DNA from: Mustelus asterias
Lineage: Eukaryota
NCBI RefSeq assembly: GCF_964213995.1
Contig: NC_135810.1
Span: forward strand, 83,638,001-83,702,000
Direction: 5' to 3'
DNA length: 64,000 bases
Shown here in pieces: positions 1 through 10,290 of the stretch. How positions within the stretch are numbered: position 1 is the stretch's first letter; each line of letters starts with the position of its first letter. A program made the position numbers and the translations under genes. The notes under the pieces were generated by a model, which worked only from the letters and a program-made list of their open reading frames with translations, had not been told where the DNA came from and searched no databases.

Positions 1-209
1 ACTGTGGATGCAGAGTGAATTTGTAAATGGGTTTTACATAGTGAGGTCCCCATTATTGGGCATTTTATATTTTGGATTTCGATTGAAAAAGATCAAGCTT
101 GAGCTGTCTTTTGACATTTCTTGGTCATCGAAGAGACCTACGCTCAGCTGTTGTATCCTGTCTATTTCAAACAAACTAAATAAGCATAAAGAAGGCCAGC
201 TTCTTTAGT

Positions 210-740
210 GGTGTTGAAGCTGCACTCATCCAGGCAAGTGGAAATTATTCTACCACGCTCCTTGCATGTGCCTTTTAGATGGTGGACAGGCTTTGAGGAG
301 TCAGGAGGTGAATTACTCATTTCCACCTCTGACTTGCTGTATTTATAAGGCTGGTCCAGTTCAGTTTCTGGTCAACGATAGCCCCAGGATGTTGATGGTT
401 GAGGATTCATTGATGGTAATATCAGTGAACATCAAGGAAAGATGGTTCGATTCTATCTTGTTGGAGATGGTCATTGCCTGGCACTTAAGTGTCAAATAAT
501 ATTCAGCCCAAGAATGTTGTCCAGGCCTTGATGCACAGCATATAAGGAGTCGTGAATGGTACTGAACATTATAATTATCAGCAAGCTTCTGCACTTCTCA
601 CCTGGAGTGAAGATCATTGATGAGGCAACTGAAGATGGCTAGTTTGAGGGCCCCACCCTGAGGAACTCCTGCAGTGATGTCCTGGGGTTGAGAGAATTGA
701 ATTCCCACAACCACTTTTTTTTGTGCAAGGTATGACTTCA
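210..740 (-). mobile_element. Decayed CR1/L2-group LINE ORF2 fragment
   Basis: Reverse complement encodes a PLAWMSAAST-like motif; same family as the + strand copy at 50520-51195. Confidence 0.65.
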
Positions 741-1074
741 ACCCAGCTGTGTCGCAATAATGTAGTGCGTAGAACATACCAGTTTACTAGAATTGTACTG
801 ACTCAAATGTTTGAGATATTCATAAACAGCATGTTTGCATGGCCAAATTAGACTGAATTAGACAGGTAACAAACAAGTATGTTATAACATTTAAACTGAT
901 TTGGATCAGCCATAATCTTATTCAATGCTGGATCAAACTCAAGGGGCTGAATAACCTTCATTCTGCTAAAAAGGGAGAATTGTCATTTGAATGTTAAATT
1001 AGCCGAAGTGTACTCATTAGCTTTTCCTCGTAACTGAACAACTTGTGGATCTTTTTACAATGCGTGGAATTATG

Positions 1075-1795
1075 TTTTCTTCAAAGATGGAACCATCATT
1101 CCCACTCATTTCACAATTGTACGCAAATCTTTGATTACTCACCATTTTCCATTTGCTTTTTGAGCTTATGTGTCTTTCCATTCAGCCCTGCAACTATTCT
1201 GGTAAGTTCCATTATCTTTGTTTCAGAGCTAGCTGTGGATCTCTCACATAAATTCAACAACTTCACGTGGGCATTCAGTTCCTTTCAGAATCTTTCTTCC
1301 ATACTCACTGACTGCTCCTTGGACTCTTTCAATTCATTTGTTAGATCTTCAATCTGTTTCTTAAAATTTTCTGTATTTGCTTGATATCTGGATTTACTCT
1401 TCCACACTGCATCTCATCTGATTGGATTGAAGTTCAAGAATTTAATCAGATTTGGCTGTTCTGTTTTCATGCTCTGATGCATCAACAATTCTTTCTCAAA
1501 CTTCAACCATTCTGTTTCTTCCAAAGCCTCATTCTGCCTTTGTGGCACCTCAGAAATTTGTTTGTTCGGATCTTGAATACTTTGGTTCATTGAAGACATT
1601 AATTTATCATGTGTTTCCAAAGGTATATAGCTTGAATATTGCATTTCAAATCTTCTAGTTCAGCTTTGATACAAACATGTTCCTATCTTTCTTGTGCTTT
1701 TTCTTTCTCCACCTGCCTCAGAGCTTTGTCCTTATTGTTCATTTTGGTTTTAGTATTAGGCAAGTCTGTCTCTGGTCAAGTCTTAACTTGTTCCA
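1075..1795 (-). pseudogene. TPR: Nucleoprotein TPR N-terminal coiled-coil-derived portion
   Basis: NTENFKKQIEDLTNELKESKEQSVSMEERF*KELNAHVKLLNLCERSTASSETKIMELTRIV (1377-1192) vs recalled TPR [62 protein letters not shown]. Also KMNNKDKALRQVEKEKAQER~[31 protein letters not shown]~RLEQEKELL, ILELQSN~ILELKCN, and VIKDLRTIVK*VGMMVPSLKK~[21 protein letters not shown]. Confidence 0.85.
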
Positions 1796-1829
1796 TTTAT
1801 GTAATGGTGCTGCACCTGACCACATTATT

Positions 1830-2802
1830 CCTTTGTAGGGTGGAACAGTCCACAACTTTCCCCTCAACCATAGTCTGCTGGCTCAGCACTGCAGCTTGGA
1901 AAATGTCTAAAGCATTTTCTAAAACATTTACCTTTAAGACTTCCAGAAGATTTCCTGCCTTTCTGGCATCTTCATATGGTTTGCTTGAGTAGTGTATTCT
2001 TTCCTTTCACAGATTTACTGGAGATTTTCTATCATTTTAAGCTCTGTAACCTCAATAAGTTGAAGGTTAAAGTGTTTGTCAAAGGTTTTTAAATATTTCA
2101 TCGAAGCTGGTTGAGGCTTCATCGGTACATTGCATTTAGAATATTTTGTTAGTGAATTCACCAAACGAGTATAAAAATTTATTAGACCTGATGTACTCTG
2201 GTAATTTAAAATGTTCTCCTCCAGGAAGCCCAATTTTGTATCAGGTTTCGTCCTTGCATGAGTCCATGCTAACCTGGAAGAGCACATTTCTGATCTATAG
2301 TTAAAACATTTTAAATTGCAGGTTTAGCTTTAAGAGTTTTCAGAAAATCTAAGACAGCTTCATCGTACTCTTCTGCACAAAATTATTCCTGTGCTTGCCA
2401 GCTTTGGTGGACTTCTGCAGTAATGGTGTTTGCAATCTCAGCATTTAAATCTTTTCAACAATGGCTCAATGGATCGACTGGTTAGAGATTTCCCTGCTTT
2501 AGTGCTATGTTCTTGAGTTGTGGAAGTGTTGAATCGTGGCTTTTGTCAGGTTTTTAAAGCTGCCTACATGGTCATGATTAATTTTTAATTACTTTTACTT
2601 TTTGGTTCCGTGCTTGTTCAGCCGCCACCTGTTCAGGCACCAGCTCAGGAGTCGGGTTTCTGAGGCTATTAATTAAATGGCAATTTTTGACCACAGTAGT
2701 ATTTAACGTTCTTCAGGACTTGTATTGTCCAGGAATTTTAATTTAGCTCACCCCTAATAAGTCTGCTGACTCTGCACATTCTGGTTGTTGAAACTGGACC
2801 TC
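1830..2802 (-). pseudogene. DNAJC3: DNAJC3 (P58IPK)-derived tetratricopeptide-repeat portion
   Basis: Blocks vs recalled human DNAJC3: EVQFQQPECAESADL~DLQYEGAECGVNADV (2802-2758); QLKNIALKQGNL~QRGHLLLKQGKL (2520-2485); QAQE*FCAEEYDEAV~QALNAFGSGDYTAAI (2397-2353); EVTELKMIENLQ*ICERKEYTTQA/KPYEDARK~QVKKLNKLIESAEELIRDGRYTDATSKYESVMK (~2053-1960); VEGKVVDCSTLQ~VEAIRVCSEVLQ (~1868-1833). Order and spacing are collinear. Confidence 0.65.
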
Positions 2803-3154
2803 CATGGGATTCATTGGAGTCTTCTGTTACAGTGAAGAGTTGATTTTCTGCCTTCAACATCCAAGTTTTTCTTTGGAGCTTTTCTGTGGTGATTTCTTTC
2901 TGCACCATTACTTCTTGACCTTTACTTCAGGTCAGCTGCTTCTTTGATTTTTTTCCTTCAGTTTTCCAGGATTTTAATTATTTTCTGTAGTCTCTGCAAG
3001 TTGAGTTGTTCCATTCACTGTTACCATGTTGTGGAGTATTGGGAATAGGTAGGTCCTATTAAAATATTTGTAGCCTTGGGTAGTTCAACAGTAAGTTTTG
3101 ATTGAGTACTAAAAACTATATACATAGGTACAGTAAAGGCCCAAGTTAGTCTCC

Positions 3155-3612
3155 ATGGAGGCAGTTCAGAGCAGGTTTATTAGATTATTACTTAAAATGA
3201 GAGGTTGTCTTATGAGGATAGGTTGGGCTTGTTATTGTACAACTTGATTGAAGTACAAAAGATCCTGAATGGTCTCGACAAGACAGATGCGGAAAGGATG
3301 TTTCCTTTCGTGGGTGAGTATAGAACTTGGGGGCACTGTTATAAAATGAGGGGTTGCCCTTAAAGGACAAAGATGAAGAGAATTTTTTTCTGAGGGTTGC
3401 GTAACTTTGGAACTCCCTGCCTCAGAAGGTGGTGGAATTAGGGGCATTGAATAGTTAGAAGGTAGAGGTAGATAGATTCTTGTTAGACAAGGGATTCAGA
3501 GGTTATTGGAGGTTGAGGAGAATGTGGAACTTAAATCACAAACAGATCAACCAGGATCTTATTGAAAGATGGAGCAGACTTGAGGGGCCAAATGGCCTAT
3601 TTCTCCCTGTTT
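3155..3612 (+). mobile_element. CR1 (HER1-like) LINE 3' fragment
   Basis: EAVQSRF-like start, 'tggaactccctgcctcagaagg' and 3' tail 'ggagcagacttgaggggccaaatggcct'. Confidence 0.8.
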
Positions 3613-4107
3613 TGTATGTTGGCTTCTACGTGTGGCTCTGTCCAACACTACATTGATTCCTAATGTGAGTCATGTGTTCTGTTACATCAGTCCTACATTA
3701 ACCCTTTATGTGCCAGAGCTTTATACCACAAAAACAATTTTGGAAGGACTAGGATAAACTGGCGGACTTAGGTAATTTAGATGTCAAAAGTTGGGCCTAA
3801 GGAAGTGTAAATACCCGAATAGGGGGAGGGAAATTTGAAAAATCTGGTCAAGTGGACAAAGGCTTCTGTGCCCCTGAAATGTTCATAGAAAAAAGGTGGG
3901 TAGGCACAGTGTATATCAATAGGAGATCCAGGTGACTCTGGCTAGCCTTTGCTACATCTAGTGTCTGAAAGAAAATAGGAGTTGTCAAGGTCTAAAATTG
4001 TCAGAAACAGATTAGATGCAATTCTTTGAGGTTCATTTTAACAGTGTAGAAGACCCAGGTCAGAGTGTGTTGGAGAAATAGAGAAATGACAGAGGCAACA
4101 ATCATAT

Positions 4108-4232
4108 GGGCCGGTATTTTACAACTTCGCTCGGGCGAGGCTCGTAAAATTCCGTCCGAGGCTAACGGAAAATTCCGTTCTGCGAGCTACGCCTGCCCCA
4201 ATTCCGGGCAGGCATGGCGGTAAAATTCCAGC
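4108..4232. mobile_element. ~125-bp non-autonomous TIR element (Harbinger/PIF-like MITE)
   Basis: gccggtattttac ... gtaaaattccagc imperfect terminal inverted repeats, flanked by TAT on both sides; related copy at 37106-37233. Confidence 0.55.
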
Positions 4233-4807
4233 TATGTTTTTCATCAGTTCACTGAAGCAAACACAGATCAAATAGGCCAATCAAATGGCCAGAGAAGGAT
4301 ACAACAAATTAACGTTTCATATTTTATTTTTATTAGGAAGAAGTTTCGAAACTTCCAGTATGGTTAAATGGTCTATCCATTTATTATTGCAGCACTGATG
4401 TTTGCAGTGATGGTTTGGATTACTATTCTTTGCATTGGTTTTCTGCAGCTCAGCGATAAGGGCTTTCATTTACATTTCTCCTCATCTCTGTTTTACCTGG
4501 CCGTCAAAAAAACTATCCATCATTTTGTACAGTTCTGAATTTTACCGATAAATGTTTTGTTGTGAGTATATTCGATTTTTTTCATTGTTGAACTCTAAAT
4601 AGAGTTGAGAGCAGCTCTGTACAACCTTGGCCATATGATCCTACAGAAAGACTGCAGTAATGCCATCTTCAGTGACTGATTTTATTTTGCACCCTTAAAA
4701 ACAACTCTTGGCTGCCGGCAACAAATAATTGTTAGTGACGGGAAAAATTTCATACCAGAAATTTGGTTGTGTCAATTTGCATTTTGCTGTTTGTTGATGA
4801 CAAGGGA

Positions 4808-5515
4808 TATAGGAACATAGGACTTAGGAGCAGGAGTAGGCTATTCAGCCCTTCGAACCTGCTCCACCATTCAATAAGTTCTGGTTGTATCTCAACTTCA
4901 CTTCGCTGACTATTCCCCATAACCCTTGACTGCCTTGCCTATAAAAAATCTGTTTAACGCTACCTTGAATACATTCAATGTACAAGCTTCCAGTACTTTC
5001 TGGGAAGAGATTTCTACATACTAATGACCCTTTGAACGAGAATTTCAAATTTCACCTCATCTCCATCTTAAACAGTAGACTTCGAATTCTTAAATTGTGT
5101 CCCCTGGTTCTAGTCTCTCCCACAAGTAAAAATATCCTCCCAATATTGACACAATCAAGTCGCCTCAGGATCATATATGTTTCAATAAGGTCACGTCTCA
5201 TTCTTTTGAACTCCAATGGGTGGAGGTCCAACCTGTTGCAAACTTTCTTCATAAGGTAAGCCCCTCATCCCAAGAGTGAGTCAAATGAACTCTGAACTTC
5301 CTCTAAAGCAGTTATATCTTTCTTCAAATAAGGAGACAAAAACTGTGCACGGTGTTCCAGATATTGCCATGTCCCTGCATAGCTGCAGTAAAACTTCCTT
5401 ACTTTTATATTCTATTCTCCATGCAATAAATACCAACATTCCATTTGCCTTCCTAATCACTGTTGTGATTTATGTACCAGGACACTTGGATCCTTCTGTG
5501 CTGAGTTCTGCAATC
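4808..5515 (-). mobile_element. CR1 LINE 3' fragment
   Basis: ORF 5052-5252 LEFKRMRRDLIETYMILRRLDCVNIGRIF..TRTRGHNLRI is the CR1 ORF2 C-terminus; ataggaac-type tail. Confidence 0.85.
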
Positions 5516-5539
5516 TCTTGACTGTTATAAAAAATGTAA

Positions 5540-5670
5540 CTCTGCCCCTGCCTCAGCTCATCTGCAGCTGAAAACCACATCCACACCTTTGTTACCTCAA
5601 AACCAGACCATTAAGACGAGACCATTCAAAGCTCTCCTGGTCAGCTTCCCATATTCCACCCAAAATAAAC
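5540..5670 (+). mobile_element. L2 LINE fragment
   Basis: ccctgcctcagctcatctgcagctgaaa..atccacacctttgttacctc resembles the L2 ORF2 motif LSSSAAETLIHAFVTSRLDY. Confidence 0.55.
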
Positions 5671-7737
5671 TTGACAAACGGGGAGTGCTAATTTATCACT
5701 TACCAAACAACATATTGGCAACAGCTTTAAGTATTTGGGGAATTTTCTTTTGGAATGATTTCCATAATGATTCTGGAGAAATTGCAGTATTAGAATGTTT
5801 ACTACCTTGACCAAAAATGTCAGGGCCAAGGTCATGGTGTAATAACATTTTAAAGCTGTGGTACTTTATGGGAGTTTGGCTTTGTCAAAAAATAAAGAGA
5901 ACATGGAAATGATTGGACACCTTAGGGAAGTCAGTGGCATTGAAAGATGGCTTACAGGACTAATGGGTATTATCAATATCATAAAACTGCTAAACCAGTA
6001 GTAAAGAAAATTCTATTCTTCCTCTCCCGTTCCATTCCCCTTCATCCCACACCCTTTATGTTCAAGAATTACTTCTTAAGTAGAAGTAGTTCTGCATTAT
6101 ACTGGGGTTTCTGGTTTTGTGATCCCCCAGGTATAATAAAATCCTCTCATTTATGCTGTGGAGGAGTTTAAACTAGTACACTGACAAGATGCCGACTTTT
6201 GAAGTACAAAATGCTTCTCATGGGAGAACAAGATGAAACACTAAGCAGGAATTTGAAGAAGAGCTAACTAGAGGCATGATCAAATAATTAGCTTGTAAGA
6301 AGGCATCCGAAGATGGAGAGCTTAAGATGAAAATTCCAGAGCAAAGAATGATAGTGACTAAAGACTCCTCAGATTTGCAGTGTTATCTCTCTTTTTTTTC
6401 TCCTTGAGCTCCGTTCTTGACCTCCAGTTTCATTATTTCTAACTGGAATGCCCAATCTTTCTATTCTTGTAGTCAAAGAATCAGCACCATCTCTTTTATA
6501 TCCAGGGATTCTGAATTTTTTTGAGAAATATCTAACACAATTTCAGCTAACTTTAAATTGTAAATGTTTAACCAGCCTTCAGTCTGAGTGTTCAAATCTC
6601 AGATGCCGCCAGTGTCAAGTTTTTGAGTTCTTATGATGTATATACCCTTGAGTTCATTGTCACCCACTGTTCCCATACGCAGACTATCCCGTATGATCTG
6701 GAGTCTACGTTTCCTGCCCAGTACCTAGATTGCAAGACCCCCGGGTCACTGCAGGGAATCCTTACACTTCATGCCAACAAATGGAATGAGCTTGTGCCAC
6801 CACATGATTGTGAAAAGCACATCGAGCATAAACTCTGTCAGACAGCAACACAGGCTCCAAACAGCAGATGGTTTATTTAATTAAAGCAAGCAAATGAAAC
6901 AGTGTTACGTGTGATTACACTTGATGATCCTTTCTGATAAATATAAAATACGTACTCTCAACATATAGGTTTTAAAACGTAAGCGCTCATACTATGAAAA
7001 ATGCTGCATTTTGAAAAGACCTGGCTTTTTCTGCTACTGCATCCATAAACTCAGAACCTTGCTGCTTGCTGAAAAGCTGTCTGTCCACCAACTCTGTAAT
7101 GAAGGGGCATTCTCTTCAGTCTTCAGGATCAACACAACAATGCAATCCAAGCCCTTGTGAAGTTGAAAGATATAAAATTGCAAATGCAACTGACTGTATT
7201 TCCTTTCAGTGTTAAACGTATAACCATATTTTGACAGTGGCATATGGTTCTTGCCCTGCAATGTGAAATAAGCAGTCATTTATCTCAGCACCTCAGACTT
7301 CACGTTGAGCTTTTCGATACGCCTTGGCCAATAATTATTTTCTGTATTTAACAAAGCAGCAGATAATTCACTGGGAGAAAATAGATTTAAAAAAAAATAT
7401 CTTTAATAATGGATTGAAACCTGGTCTTGTGGACTGCAGCACCACTTTAGTCAGGGTAGGTTTAGAAATACAGTCAAACAGCTGCCTTTCCACAACACTG
7501 ATGCATTTCTGCAAGATGTTCCTCATGAAAAATGGGGACATTGTATATGGTTAACTTCCAACACTTTTAGATTGTGTTTTTCTTCCTTTTATTTAAATGT
7601 ATATAAATCTGATTTTTGGCTTTAAAAACAGACAAATCAGCCCCAGCACTTGGCTTCCTCAGGGCACCACTTTTAACTCCCCTCTCTCTTCCTTTTATTC
7701 TTTCTTTCCTTCATTTTATTTTATTCCTTTTCAGTGC

Positions 7738-7840
7738 AAAGACGAAGGGTCATCCAGACTCGAAACATTGGCTCTATTCTCTCTCCATAGATGCTTTTAG
7801 ACCTGTTAAAACTTTCCAGCATTTTCTGTTTTTGATTAAT
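7738..7840 (+). mobile_element. Penelope-like element terminal fragment with truncated hammerhead motif
   Basis: gacga-a-gggtc-atcca-gactc-gaaac followed by ctctctccatagatgct..ttccagcattttctgttttt; related copies at 30560 and 51572. Confidence 0.55.
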
Positions 7841-7946
7841 CTTGTTAGTGTTTTGAGTACATGCTGAGAAAGGATGAGTTGTTTTGTTCTTGCGCATCTT
7901 TTCATGACACCAAAGTACTCATTTTTGTTTGTTTAGTTTATTTTAG

Positions 7947-7982
7947 GCTACAGTGTCCATGATTAAATTTGATACTTGCAAG
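7947..7982 (+). CDS. Putative internal coding exon of host gene (36 nt, phase 0-0, ATVSMIKFDTCK)
   Basis: U-rich acceptor (gtttagtttattttag|G), donor AAG|gtatgg. Only the phase-0 frame is open. Confidence 0.55.
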
Positions 7983-8959
7983 GTATGGGAATTCACACTC
8001 AAATCTGTGAAGCCGAAGTCAGCGACTTTGCATCTGAGTTTTGATTCCTGTCAAATAACAAATAATTATTGTTTTAATTGGCCTAAGTTATTCATTTTGA
8101 ATCTCTTGACCTATGATCACTCTCGTTGGTGGCATAGATTGAAGAAGCAAGCTAGCCTGGAATGGTGGTATGTAATGACAGACCTTTGAGAAGGAGCAGT
8201 CTGTGACAGGCTGTGGAATTTGATGGACAGCTTTGTGGTTATACATTTCTAGTATGGACTTTAGGGCTGTCAGCGACCAGGTCATTAGTCAACTTGAAGC
8301 TGGCAGAGAGACTGTTCATCAATAACTTGCTTCAAGTGTTCACTATGAAAGCAATGAAGAATCGTGGTATATGTTTAGAGGTGGCTACGGAAAAAGTATC
8401 TGTTGTTTTAATATATTGAGCCACAAAGTATAACATTATGGAGAACATACAGCCTGGTTCAAAGGGGACAGTGCACCCATATTGAATACCTAGTGTAAAA
8501 TCTAAAAATGTAAAGCCATGCAAGAGTAAGGACTTTCTTTTTTCTCAATGTGCAAGATCTAAGACTAACCTGCGGCATAAAGTGTAAATGGTTCCAGGGA
8601 AAGAGAGATCTGATCAACGCTATCGTGCTGTTCAGCATCCTGGAGGGGAAATCGGCCTCACAGTGGGCATGTATTTTTGTCAAAGCTTTTCATAGGAATA
8701 CTTCGATTAAATAATGGCTGGTGTGTAATAATGGACTTGGGTGTTTAGAATGTTCATATATTAAAACATCACAAGCTTCTGTGTCAGCCATTCTACCTAA
8801 TCTCAGACCTAGTTTATAGTTGACAAGCGTTTAAGTGTTTTCTTGCCATTGGTACATTGGTCATATACAGAAAACATTGCAGTTTAACACATTTGTTGAG
8901 ACTGCGAGCTCATCTGTCCAGAGTTTGGTGCTTAGCACAATTGTGACTAGGAAATGCAG

Positions 8960-9390
8960 GAAGATGCTGATAAACCTGAGAGGTTAAGGAGACTGAACCT
9001 GTATTCTCTAGAGTTTAGAGGAACAAAAGGTGGTCTAATTTGAAACAAGGCTTGACAAGATAGATGCAGAAGAAGTATGTTTCCTCTGGCTGGGAGGTCA
9101 AGAATCATGGGACTATAGTATCGGAATATGGGATAGACCATTTAGAACCGAGATAAGGAGGGATTTCTCAGAGGGTGGTAAATCCACAAATTCTCTCCCA
9201 CAGCGAACTGTGAAGTCTCAGCTACTGACTATATTCAAAACTGAGATCGTAGGTTTCTATAAAGCAAACATATCAAAGGATATGGGGATAGTGCAGAAAA
9301 ATGGTGTTGAAGCAGATCCGATACCTTGATCTAATTGAGTAGCAGGGCAGGCACAAAGCATTGAATGGCCTAAGCCTTGTCTTACTTCCT
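8960..9390 (+). mobile_element. Old CR1 3' fragment
   Basis: gactgaacctgtattctctagagtttagagga.. and tail 'ttgaatggcct'. Confidence 0.7.
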
Positions 9391-9820
9391 TTGTTACGAA
9401 CCTTTGCACCTCCAATAGAAGCACCATTTAGAGTTGTGTGATCCATTAGCAGTCTCTATGTCATGGTGGGAGCTTATACAAATGTGCAGTTATATTTTAA
9501 TGGGGACATTTTCTGTTCAAGAGGGCTTTGCCCAATGAACAACTAGTGGCTCTTCTTTAGATTGGGAAAGAGGTAAGAGGGGGGTTTTTTTTTGGAGTAA
9601 AGTTGACTTCAAGGTGACATGTCTGAAGATAGAAAATTGGAAGTGACTCAGCTTTCCTGGCAGACCTGCTAATCAGGTACCTGAACTGGATATATCTTCA
9701 GTCTTCCGGACAGCCCAGCTCATTGGAATCTGTCATGGAGTGCTGGAATTGTTTTCCACTTGTACAAGAGCACTTCAATCAGACAGCTGCTCCAAGGTAC
9801 TTACCTCAACTGCCACCCTG

Positions 9821-9825
9821 TCCTC

Positions 9826-9860
<35 letters not shown>

Positions 9861-9863
9861 CCC
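9821..9863 (+). repeat. (CCT)n microsatellite merging into a poly-C run
   Basis: Directly visible. Confidence 0.95.
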
Positions 9864-10290
9864 GCCCAATATGCTAATAACCATCCCCAAGAGTTAGGTC
9901 AAAGTCATAGTAGGAGCAGGGCAGAGGTCAGCCCTGCCTCATCTTTGATGGCATGACAGTGTCACTGGAATTTTTCCTCTGAGTACTTTACTGCTTATTG
10001 TGTTGCCTTTCAGTTAGTTTTTCAATATTCATCAGTGGTATGTAGTAATACATGGAATATTTCCAAAGTCTTGCAGGTTTGTGGCATCTCCTAAAGTGCC
10101 AGCCAGCTGAAATGAAGAGAGGTGCTGTGATACACAGGTGGCTCATCCCACTATGAGTATGCTGGAGTTGCTTTTGAAAGACATCCAAAATGACAGTTCT
10201 CAATTCAAGTTGCACAAAATTAATTTTAATGCTGGTATTGTACGTCACCATTTTTCCTTACAGTTTGGGACAGTACTTTGACCAGTAAGT

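Larger units (their letters stand above)
1000..3027 (-). pseudogene. Decayed intronless chimeric gene: basic N-terminal segment + DNAJC3-like tetratricopeptide array + nucleoprotein TPR-like coiled coil
   Basis: ATG in good Kozak context (ccacaacATGg) at 3027. Manual translation gives a stop- and frameshift-riddled reading over ~2 kb with collinear blocks resembling DNAJC3 and then TPR. No introns apparent. Confidence 0.75.

Noticed and set aside
2015-2287. ANKRD26-like or OGT-like identity for the pseudogene segment
   Set aside because: Only short generic similarity; DNAJC3 explains five collinear blocks with matching spacing.
9723-9956. Poly-proline ORF
   Set aside because: Product of the (CCT)n/poly-C microsatellite; no supporting splice structure.
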